DNA of 63,827 nucleotides, the filler included, from Octopus bimaculoides (taxonomy: Eukaryota): NCBI RefSeq assembly GCF_001194135.2. It is 5 parts of 5 records of this genome, joined end to end, with 100 filler letters (N's around TTAATTAATTAA, not from the genome) between each part and the next. Parts side by side here need not be neighbours in the genome. Positions count along the whole stretch, not along the records: positions 31,890 to 48,994 come from NC_068991.1; 4 more parts are not named here. The stretch is one strand, 5' to 3'. Below the pieces are notes generated by a model that did not search any database, had not been told where the DNA came from, and was given only the letters and a program-made list of their open reading frames with translations. Position numbers and translations under genes: made by a program. Shown here piece after piece: positions 35,761 through 46,682 of this stretch; position 1 is the first letter of the stretch, and every line of letters begins with the position of its first letter.

Positions 35761-36314
35761 GAAAACACTGTTATCATAATTGTGGTGCCAAGAGTCAGTT
35801 GAATATTTTATGTCTGAAGAGCAAGAGAAATGATGGGTAAAGGAAGGCGAAGAAGACAATCGGTGACAGGTTTGGAGAAGAGAGTTCATAAAAGAATAGA
35901 GAATTCTAACAAGAGGGAACGAAAACTGTGTAAGGAGACAACCCACTTCTATACAACATCGAAGGGTTCACAGTAATGAGACTGGATAGTAGAGCCAAGG
36001 AACGCATATTGCAGTGCAAGTTTCAAATTTGTTGGCGACTTTTTCGAGCAAAAGGTTTGAATAGCAGGGGATAGATGCAAACATGTAAAAGATGGATTAT
36101 TGCTACAACGTTCACCAGCTATGAACGTTTAAAAGAGTTTGAATCCGAGTAGGTTAGAATTTTCTTACACCATCTAACACAATACAATAAGTGATGGAAG
36201 GATAAGTCACACATATATAAAACAATGACAGTTGATTGTCCTACCGTGGCATTTGTATCCGAATCTGATCCTGTTTAATGTGTTTTATATCATAATATTA
36301 TGTGTTGCTTTTTG

Positions 36315-36640
36315 TGAAGGCTTAGTGGTTAGAGCGTCCAACTTACGACCGTGAGGGTGTGAGTTCGAATCCCGAACCGGTCTGCATGTTGTGTTCTTGA
36401 GCAAGACACTTTATTTCACGTTGCTCCAGTACATTCAACTGTAGGAATGAGTTGCGATGTCACTGGTGCCAAACTGTATCAGCCTTTGCCTTTCCCTTGG
36501 GTGACATCGGTGGCGTGAAGAGGGGAGGTTGGTATGCATGGGCGACTACTGGTCTTCCATAAACAACTTTGCCTTGACTTGTGCCTCGGAGGGTAACTTT
36601 CTAGGTGCAATCCCATGGTCATTCGTGACCGAAGGGGGTC
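36315..36640 (+). mobile_element. tRNA-derived SINE (family 2)
   Basis: ggcttagtggttaga (A box), gagttcgaatcc (B box), cttgagcaagacacttt. Related heads at 350-660, 38952-39190 and 26235-26555 (minus). Confidence 0.78.
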
Positions 36641-36835
36641 TCTCTGATACGCTGTTTTAATTAGTGTGTTTATAAAGCCATATATATTTCGTGCTTTGGT
36701 GAATTTTAATCAAATCATTTTATAACATCCTCACCCGCACCACGTTTTAATATAACCTTGTTTGTCCAGCCCCATGTCTGTTATAATCTCTATGTATATA
36801 ACGTTTATTGTACTGTATACACGAGCCTTGTGGAG

Positions 36836-36989
36836 GCGCAATGGCCCAGTGGTTAGGGCAACGGACTTGCGGTCGGAGGATCGCGGTTTCGATTCCCAGA
36901 CCGGGCGTTGTGAGTGTTTATTGAGCGAAAACACCTAAGCTCCACGAGGCTCCGGCAGCGGGTGGTGGCAAGCCCTGTTGTTCTTCTCT
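36836..36989 (+). mobile_element. tRNA-derived SINE head
   Basis: ggcgcaatggcccagtggttagggc..ggtttcgattccc. The body matches 4370-4600. Confidence 0.75.
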
Positions 36990-38184
36990 NNNNNNNNNNN
37001 NNNNNNNNNNNNNNNNNNNNNNNNNNNNNNNNNNNNNNNNNNNNNNNNNNNNNNNNNNNNNNNNNNNNNNNNNNNNNNNNNNNNNNNNNNNNNNNNNNNN
37101 NNNNNNNNNNNNNNNNNNNNNNNNNNNNNNNNNNNNNNNNNNNNNNNNNNNNNNNNNNNNNNNNNNNNNNNNNNNNNNNNNNNNNNNNNNNNNNNNNNNN
37201 NNNNNNNNNNNNNNNNNNNNNNNNNNNNNNNNNNNNNNNNNNNNNNNNNNNNNNNNNNNNNNNNNNNNNNNNNNNNNNNNNNNNNNNNNNNNNNNNNNNN
37301 NNNNNNNNNNNNNNNNNNNNNNNNNNNNNNNNNNNNNNNNNNNNNNNNNNNNNNNNNNNNNNNNNNNNNNNNNNNNNNNNNNNNNNNNNNNNNNNNNNNN
37401 NNNNNNNNNNNNNNNNNNNNNNNNNNNNNNNNNNNNNNNNNNNNNNNNNNNNNNNNNNNNNNNNNNNNNNNNNNNNNNNNNNNNNNNNNNNNNNNNNNNN
37501 NNNNNNNNNNNNNNNNNNNNNNNNNNNNNNNNNNNNNNNNNNNNNNNNNNNNNNNNNNNNNNNNNNNNNNNNNNNNNNNNNNNNNNNNNNNNNNNNNNNN
37601 NNNNNNNNNNNNNNNNNNNNNNNNNNNNNNNNNNNNNNNNNNNNNNNNNNNNNNNNNNNNNNNNNNNNNNNNNNNNNNNNNNNNNNNNNNNNNNNNNNNN
37701 NNNNNNNNNNNNNNNNNNNNNNNNNNNNNNNNNNNNNNNNNNNNNNNNNNNNNNNNNNNNNNNNNNNNNNNNNNNNNNNNNNNNNNNNNNNNNNNNNNNN
37801 NNNNNNNNNNNNNNNNNNNNNNNNNNNNNNNNNNNNNNNNNNNNNNNNNNNNNNNNNNNNNNNNNNNNNNNNNNNNNNNNNNNNNNNNNNNNNNNNNNNN
37901 NNNNNNNNNNNNNNNNNNNNNNNNNNNNNNNNNNNNNNNNNNNNNNNNNNNNNNNNNNNNNNNNNNNNNNNNNTGGGGGAGGAGAGAGAAGTGTTCCTTA
38001 CCAGCAAATTTTTTTGAAAGGCAAATGAGAGTGACAAGCACGGTCCGAGTGAATAGGGCTGCGCCTGTGTAATGCAGAGGGACAACTGAGAGAGGACATT
38101 TACCTTAGTAGTCAGGGTGAGATTTTGATATGTAGCCACACTGCTTCCGGGGAATTTTTCTTTGTTTGAATGTTTTACTCTTTA

Positions 38185-38595
38185 CTCTTTTTACTCTTTT
38201 ACTTGCTTCAGTCATTTGACTGCGGCCATGCTGGAGCACCACCTTTAGTCGAGCGAATCGACCCCGGGACTTATTTTTTGTAAGCCTAGTACTTATTCTA
38301 CCGGTCTATTTTGCCGAACCGCTAAGTTACGGGGACTTAAACACACCAACATCGGTTCTCAAGCGATGTTGGGGGGACAAACACAGATACACAAACACAG
38401 ACACATGTATATATATACATATACATATATACGACGGGCTTCTTTCAGTTTCCGTCTACCAAATTCACTCACAAGGCTTTGGTCGGCTCGAGGCCATAGT
38501 AGAAGACACGTTCCCAAGGTGCCACGCAGTGGGACTGAACCCGGAACCATGTGGTTGGTAAGCAAGCTACTTACCACACAGCCACTTCTGCGCCT
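38185..38595 (-). mobile_element. tRNA-derived SINE (family 1), full-length
   Basis: Reverse complement of the 2273-2950 family. Further pieces lie at 8090-8185, 15150-15345, 30650-30905, 33450-33680 and 40345-40500. Confidence 0.8.
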
Positions 38596-38884
38596 TTTGT
38601 TTTGACTATTTTCCTTGTTTACATATTTTTTTATGCAATCGTACTGTGCTGTCCTCGATCATTTCAACCCTCGTGGTTAACAAAGAAGGCATTATTCACT
38701 TATTTAAATAATTATTCATCATCATCATCATCTTCATTATTTTACTTCTCAGAGCGCTCGGTCTTACTAGTTCTTGTTAATTCTGTGAGAGCGGATAACA
38801 ATCTGTTATCAGCCATCTCACAGGGTCTCTTTGCGCAAATTATAAGTTTATTATTATTATTATTATTAGTAGTAGTATTAGTAT

Positions 38885-38946
<62 letters not shown>

Positions 38947-39599
38947 TGTGTGAAGGCGCGTGGCTTAGTGGTTAGGGTGTTGGACTCATGATCCTAAGAT
39001 TGTGGTTTCGATTCCTGGACCGGGCGACGCGTTGTGGTTTTAAGCAAAACACATCATTTCACATTGCTCCAGTCCACTCATCTGGCAAAATTGAGTGATC
39101 CTGAGATGGACCAACGTCCCATCCAGGTGGGAAATATATATGCCATGAAACCGGGAAACCGGCCCTTATGAGTCAGTGTGACTCGAGAAGGGAACCATTA
39201 AGCGGCGAGCTGGCAGAACCGTTAGCACCCCGGGTAAAATGCTTAGCGACGTTTCGTCCATCGCTACGTTCTGAGTCCAAATTCCGCTGAGGTCAACTTT
39301 GCCTTTCATCCTTTCGAGGTCGATAAAATAAGTACCATTTGAACATTGGGGCCGATGTGGTCGTCTCATCCCCACCTCCAAATTGCTGCTCTTGTGGCAA
39401 AATTCAAAACCATTATCATTATTATTAGCAGTAGTAGTAGTGCATACTTTCACTGTACTACTGAGGGCAATTATGTAGGCCTTGAGTATATCATCAGTAA
39501 TTATGCACACAGCTTCTAGATTATGCTGTTGAAGATTTCATGCAGTTTCTACACACACACACAATGCTGTGTGACTGCTCGTTTGCATTTTATCTGCAA

Positions 39600-40030
39600 G
39601 TCTACGCGATACATGGTATCCTCTGGTTTCATACGGCCACATACTTATGGAGTTCGACTGGAGTGCAGTTCATCATAGATTTGTTATCACTCCGAGTACG
39701 TTGCCGTACAATTATAATTCGGGTATCCAGCGTCTCGTCAGGGGTCAAGGCGACTTGTATCTTTCTCGTATGTCTTGGTTCGTGACAATCAAATCCGATG
39801 AAGTTGAGGGTCCAATGAAGAATGTACATTTCCATGTAATACAGAGCTCGCTTATACTAACTTGTATAAGCGGAGGCTCACCACTGGGTAAGCATCTGGC
39901 TCCGTACAGAATCACTGGCTCTATAATATTTCTATATGCCTTTGACTTAACCCTTTGGTATATAAGCCGACCATACCAGGCCCAAATACTCTGATTTATC
40001 TTTAAACCAAACAGATCCAACGTCTCATAC
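39600..40030 (-). mobile_element. Degenerate RTE-clade LINE coding fragment (post-RT region)
   Basis: Contains KSKAYRNIIEPVILYGA, NQDIRERY and LYGNVL, matching the RTE motifs K..IY...V.P.LLYG.E, N..IR and WYGHV. Frameshifted. Confidence 0.7.
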
Positions 40031-40130
40031 CTACCCTACAATGTCATTCTAAAAATCAACATCTCGGAGCTACAATATAATGCAGGGTCAATTCAAAACA
40101 ATGTGAATAAATGACCATTGCATTTGGCAG

Positions 40131-40166
<36 letters not shown>

Positions 40167-43157
40167 ATAGATGTTGTTAACACGTACTTTTGCAGTCACT
40201 TTCTTTGATTCTAGACGGCCTGTTTCCAAAAACCTAACCTCTCAGTGTATTGCTAAGGTCTCGGCAAGATGGAGAGACAGATGTTGAGTTCATGCATTTC
40301 TTGAGAGCATTGTATTTTTTTAAATCTTTTTTTCTTTTTACTTCTTTCAGCCATTGGGCTGCACCTATACTGAGACACCGAATTGAAGAGTTTAGTCGAG
40401 CAGTAAATCGTCCCCTATACTTATTTTTAAGGTCGGCACTTATTCTATCGGACTCTTTTGCCGAACCATCAGTTTACATGTACTTAAACAAACCAACTCT
40501 AAATTGCATATTAATCAACTATAATCTATTTTTAATTTTATTCATTCCCTTTTGATACCAGCCAGCCCCTGACCAACTCTGGTTCAAAGATACACACTTC
40601 CAGTTATAAAGCAGTCTAAATTAAATCATTTCTTCGAAATTTCATATTAATTTGTCTTCCAAATAACTGCCGGATAATGAATGATATTTTATTAAATTCC
40701 TCATTATTTTCAAAATCCTTAGAAAAAAAAAATGAAAGGCAGTGTATTTTAACAGAAATATGGTAACGAAAGGATTAACATTAAATAGCAGTAAACAACA
40801 TAAGCAATTTATTTACTTATTACCGGAACAGCAGTAAGCAGAATATGTAAACTTTCACCAGTTAGATGGAAAATTTACATTAGAGAAAATTCGACAAAAA
40901 TAACTCTTTGATGTCTCTTTTCCATTCGTATAATAAGCACGTGTTTATTTGATGACTGATATGAGTCAACATATGAGCAATACATTTTCCTTCACGATGC
41001 ATCAACATAAGGAAAACTGAATCCCGTTACGTATGTTAGTCTTGGCGTGGATTAAAATGATTCTTCATCGCTATATTCGGATGTTTTCTGTTTGGTTGCC
41101 AGCGGCAATTTTCTGTGTAATGATACACTCTTATAGGCTAATTAATGAATGAAAGTACTTTTCGCTATAAATCAATAAATAAAGAGTTTAGTTTTAATTA
41201 CTAATAAGTATTTAAAGTGTGAAAATTTTGATAATTTTAGCCAATCGTAAGTCATAGACACATTCATGTCTGTTCCGATAGTAACTAAAGGAAACATGAG
41301 AACTCTAGCCTGATGCCGTAGTAATAGTCTTTGAAAAATCTGCGGGGAAGCACGTGTTGTCAGCAGCCTTGTTTACTCGTTTCTTTTTGTCATTGAGCAT
41401 TGAGATGATTGTGAGGTGTGCTAAAAATAACAGCTAAATAAGATTTTTCGATAAATCTATAAAATTAAAGTTTATTTGCCAACATCTCGCTCAGAGATTT
41501 AAAACTCACCGATTTTCTGTTAAATTAAACATTTATTTGCATAAAAAACTACCACAGACATAACGGGTATTGTTTACAAATATTGACAAGTGCTATTTTC
41601 AGGATGTTGACAAAATGTGCAGTCACGCACAAAATGACAGCTTCCAAATCCCGTTTCCTGACTGGGTGAAAATGATCAAACTTTAAATCTCTATAACTTT
41701 GTAAAAACATTTTTCTGAAAAAAAAATGCAATAACTCCAGCAACTCAGTTTGGGCAAATGTATCATTATGCCAAATTTTAAAATTTTCGGTAAACTTTAA
41801 TTTTTGGAACCACTGACAACCAAATATCCCTATATTCAATTATATATCAATTAAGTATGATTATCTTGAAAAAAAACAACAGAAAATAAACAAAAGTCTT
41901 TTTTTTTAATTATAATAAATTTTATTCGCTTACATACAAATATACACACACATATACACATATGCATATAAACATANNNNNNNNNNNNNNNNNNNNNNNN
42001 NNNNNNNNNNNNNNNNNNNNNNNNNNNNNNNNNNNNNNNNNNNNNNNNNNNNNNNNNNNNNNNNNNNNNNNNNNNNNNNNNNNNNNNNNNNNNNNNNNNN
42101 NNNNNNNNNNNNNNNNNNNNNNNNNNNNNNNNNNNNNNNNNNNNNNNNNNNNNNNNNNNNNNNNNNNNNNNNNNNNNNNNNNNNNNNNNNNNNNNNNNNN
42201 NNNNNNNNNNNNNNNNNNNNNNNNNNNNNNNNNNNNNNNNNNNNNNNNNNNNNNNNNNNNNNNNNNNNNNNNNNNNNNNNNNNNNNNNNNNNNNNNNNNN
42301 NNNNNNNNNNNNNNNNNNNNNNNNNNNNNNNNNNNNNNNNNNNNNNNNNNNNNNNNNNNNNNNNNNNNNNNNNNNNNNNNNNNNNNNNNNNNNNNNNNNN
42401 NNNNNNNNNNNNNNNNNNNNNNNNNNNNNNNNNNNNNNNNNNNNNNNNNNNNNNNNNNNNNNNNNNNNNNNNNNNNNNNNNNNNNNNNNNNNNNNNNNNN
42501 NNNNNNNNNNNNNNNNNNNNNNNNNNNNNNNNNNNNNNNNNNNNNNNNNNNNNNNNNNNNNNNNNNNNNNNNNNNNNNNNNNNNNNNNNNNNNNNNNNNN
42601 NNNNNNNNNNNNNNNNNNNNNNNNNNNNNNNNNNNNNNNNNNNNNNNNNNNNNNNNNNNNNNNNNNNNNNNNNNNNNNNNNNNNNNNNNNNNNNNNNNNN
42701 NNNNNNNNNNNNNNNNNNNNNNNNNNNNNNNNNNNNNNNNNNNNNNNNNNNNNNNNNNNNNNNNNNNNNNNNNNNNNNNNNNNNNNNNNNNNNNNNNNNN
42801 NNNNNNNNNNNNNNNNNNNNNNNNNNNNNNNNNNNNNNNNNNNNNNNNNNNNNNNNNNNNNNNNNNNNNNNNNNNNNNNNNNNNNNNNNNNNNNNNNNNN
42901 NNNNNNNNNNNNNNNNNNNNNNNNNNNNNNNNNNNNNNNNNNNNNNNNNNNNNNNNNNNAGGATTTTGTCAGTGAACAGGTCGCGGTCTCAAAGCGACGA
43001 AAATATTTTGACAAATTAAATTTAAATGTTGAAGTGAATCTAACGGATTTTGTGTGTTATTTTAAATGGCTTATAAACACCTTCCACGCTGCAATTGTTT
43101 TCGTTCCAGCACACGATCTCAGATCAGGTCACTTGCTATGCAAGTGCATCTCCGTAA

Positions 43158-43197
<40 letters not shown>

Positions 43198-43215
43198 CGC
43201 ACTACATATACAAGC

Positions 43216-43265
<50 letters not shown>

Positions 43266-43539
43266 CAAAAATATACACATGCATACAAACATATGCACAC
43301 ACATATACATATATACACTTATACATTTACATATATACACTTATACATTTACATATATACACACATACGCACACATATGCATGTATGTATGTTTGTATGT
43401 ATGTACAAAAACAATTACAAAGAAAACGTAAACTGGTTCATCACATATTTCTTTCAATTTAACAGCTAATTGTACAGCATAATTAGTTAATTTTATCGAC
43501 ACGTGTTTCTACTGCATGGAGTATGTGCAGTTCCATATG

Positions 43540-43735
43540 CAACCCACATTATTCAGCAATGCACCTTCATTCAGGGTCTTTCCACGAGCATGTTCCGAAG
43601 CGAATTAAAAGAAAACTTTGGAGATGTATCAGTCTCCCTATTCTTTGTAATTGCTTTAGATTTACATTGCCAAATAAAGTCTTAATCCAGCATAAGAAAC
43701 CCGGACTTAACCGCCAGAAGAATTACAATGGGATC
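43540..43735 (+). mobile_element. Possible Penelope-like GIY-YIG C-terminal remnant
   Basis: Frameshifted ..FHEH.. / LDLHCQIK / LIQHKKPGLNRQ resembles the E.L.I....P.LN terminus. Confidence 0.4.
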
Positions 43736-43888
43736 GTTCACCCTAACCGATACTTGATGCTTCTTACTACTTCAGGTGGTTAACCGAAACCTGGAATATA
43801 CCTGAAAACTCTTATGGTAGCCACCTGGATTAACTATCCCTATATATATTCATGTATATGTATACAAATGTGTATGTGTGTATATATA

Positions 43889-43939
<51 letters not shown>

Positions 43940-43991
43940 GTGTATGTATGTGTGTATATATATATTATATATACATACGTGTATACATACA

Positions 43992-44274
43992 TAACAGAAT
44001 GAGATAAAAATCCAAGGTTGTGAAAGATTTCAGAATATTTATAAAGAGGTCTTACAGCTGTTTCCGGAAAATTTGATATATCCATTCATCGGAGATGGTG
44101 CAAGAAAATGGTTAAGCAATAGTTATTCTAGGGAATTGCTTAACCATTTTCTCGCACAGTCTCCGATGAAGGGATATATAAAATACCCCGGAAACAGCTG
44201 TAAGGCCTCTTTATAAATTTCAGAACATTTATCTGAAATCTTTCACAGCCTTGGATTGTTATCTCATTCTGTTA
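43992..44274. repeat. ~280-bp imperfect palindrome; each arm carries a hammerhead-like motif
   Basis: Arms are 43992-44120 and 44135-44274. The motif is CCGATGA..GAAACAGCTGTA on both strands. Confidence 0.88.
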
Positions 44275-46682
44275 ATCTTTTTACATATATACACATATAC
44301 ATACATACAAATATATATATACTCATATACATACATATATACTCATATACATATATATGTATTTATATACAGACATATATATATATATATTACAACTATT
44401 AAAATGCGTGTATATATGGTTTTAATTGATTAATATCAATTTCTACCATTATTAATAAATTATATATATATGTATATANNNNNNNNNNNNNNNNNNNNNN
44501 NNNNNNNNNNNNNNNNNNNNNNNNNNNNNNNNNNNNNNNNNNNNNNNNNNNNNNNNNNNNNNNNNNNNNNNNNNNNNNNNNNNNNNNNNNNNNNNNNNNN
44601 NNNNNNNNNNNNNNNNNNNNNNNNNNNNNNNNNNNNNNNNNNNNNNNNNNNNNNNNNNNNNNNNNNNNNNNNNNNNNNNNNNNNNNNNNNNNNNNNNNNN
44701 NNNNNNNNNNNNNNNNNNNNNNNNNNNNNNNNNNNNNNNNNNNNNNNNNNNNNNNNNNNNNNNNNNNNNNNNNNNNNNNNNNNNNNNNNNNNNNNNNNNN
44801 NNNNNNNNNNNNNNNNNNNNNNNNNNNNNNNNNNNNNNNNNNNNNNNNNNNNNNNNNNNNNNNNNNNNNNNNNNNNNNNNNNNNNNNNNNNNNNNNNNNN
44901 NNNNNNNNNNNNNNNNNNNNNNNNNNNNNNNNNNNNNNNNNNNNNNNNNNNNNNNNNNNNNNNNNNNNNNNNNNNNNNNNNNNNNNNNNNNNNNNNNNNN
45001 NNNNNNNNNNNNNNNNNNNNNNNNNNNNNNNNNNNNNNNNNNNNNNNNNNNNNNNNNNNNNNNNNNNNNNNNNNNNNNNNNNNNNNNNNNNNNNNNNNNN
45101 NNNNNNNNNNNNNNNNNNNNNNNNNNNNNNNNNNNNNNNNNNNNNNNNNNNNNNNNNNNNNNNNNNNNNNNNNNNNNNTACTCATATATACACATACATA
45201 TATACTCATATATACACATACATATATATACACATATATATACTTATATATACACATACATATATATATATACATTCATATATACACATACATATATATA
45301 TATACATTTATATATACACATACATATATATATACTCATATATATATATACATATATGCTCACATACATACACATTAAAGATGACGTTGAAGCCCCGTTA
45401 ATTGTAAGTAATTTTTTGAAGAGTAACTTATTTTGGGTAAATTAGGCATTTAAAATTTTAAATAGTCTATGAAACAGATGGTTATTGTAATTGAAATTAG
45501 GAATGAAAAAAAATTACAGGCAAAAAAGTAGAAATGAATAAAATACACACACACACACACACACGTACATATAAACGGAAGACAAAACTAATTCATTTTA
45601 CATGAACGTTAATGGCTCAAACGAAAAGAAAATCTGCTCGCAAAAATTTGTTGTAACAAGTTCGAAACTGACGAGTGATAATACACGTATTGGTACACAA
45701 CTTTTAAGGAAATTTATAAATATAAACAAAACGTCGGGGATATGTTCTTCCGTTTGNNNNNNNNNNNNNNNNNNNNNNNNNNNNNNNNNNNNNNNNNNNN
45801 NNNNNNNNNNNNNNNNNNNNNNNNNNNNNNNNNNNNNNNNNNNNNNNNNNNNNNNNNNNNNNNNNNNNNNNNNNNNNNNNNNNNNNNNNNNNNNNNNNNN
45901 NNNNNNNNNNNNNNNNNNNNNNNNNNNNNNNNNNNNNNNNNNNNNNNNNNNNNNNNNNNNNNNNNNNNNNNNNNNNNNNNNNNNNNNNNNNNNNNNNNNN
46001 NNNNNNNNNNNNNNNNNNNNNNNNNNNNNNNNNNNNNNNNNNNNNNNNNNNNNNNNNNNNNNNNNNNNNNNNNNNNNNNNNNNNNNNNNNNNNNNNNNNN
46101 NNNNNNNNNNNNNNNNNNNNNNNNNNNNNNNNNNNNNNNNNNNNNNNNNNNNNNNNNNNNNNNNNNNNNNNNNNNNNNNNNNNNNNNNNNNNNNNNNNNN
46201 NNNNNNNNNNNNNNNNNNNNNNNNNNNNNNNNNNNNNNNNNNNNNNNNNNNNNNNNNNNNNNNNNNNNNNNNNNNNNNNNNNNNNNNNNNNNNNNNNNNN
46301 NNNNNNNNNNNNNNNNNNNNNNNNNNNNNNNNNNNNNNNNNNNNNNNNNNNNNNNNNNNNNNNNNNNNNNNNNNNNNNNNNNNNNNNNNNNNNNNNNNNN
46401 NNNNNNNNNNNNACACACACACACACACACACACACATTTTTTTTTTTTACATAGATAATCACTTATTTTCAGATTCTACCAACGGCCAAACTTGATGTG
46501 ATGGTATTTTCTAGTTGAAAATACAATCACACCTTACATAATGGAAGTTCAGTATATTTGGACAGGAAGATGTCCCCATGCTCCAAATATCGTCTTTTGA
46601 TGAAAACAATGTGTTCTTACCGCATTTATGAATATATCCAGACTGTACAAAGTTGACACAGGAATATCAGTTTCTGTTCAGG

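Noticed and set aside
45611-45655. MAQTKRKSARKNLL* resembling the histone H3 N-terminus
   Set aside because: It stops after 14 codons and there is no further H3 similarity.
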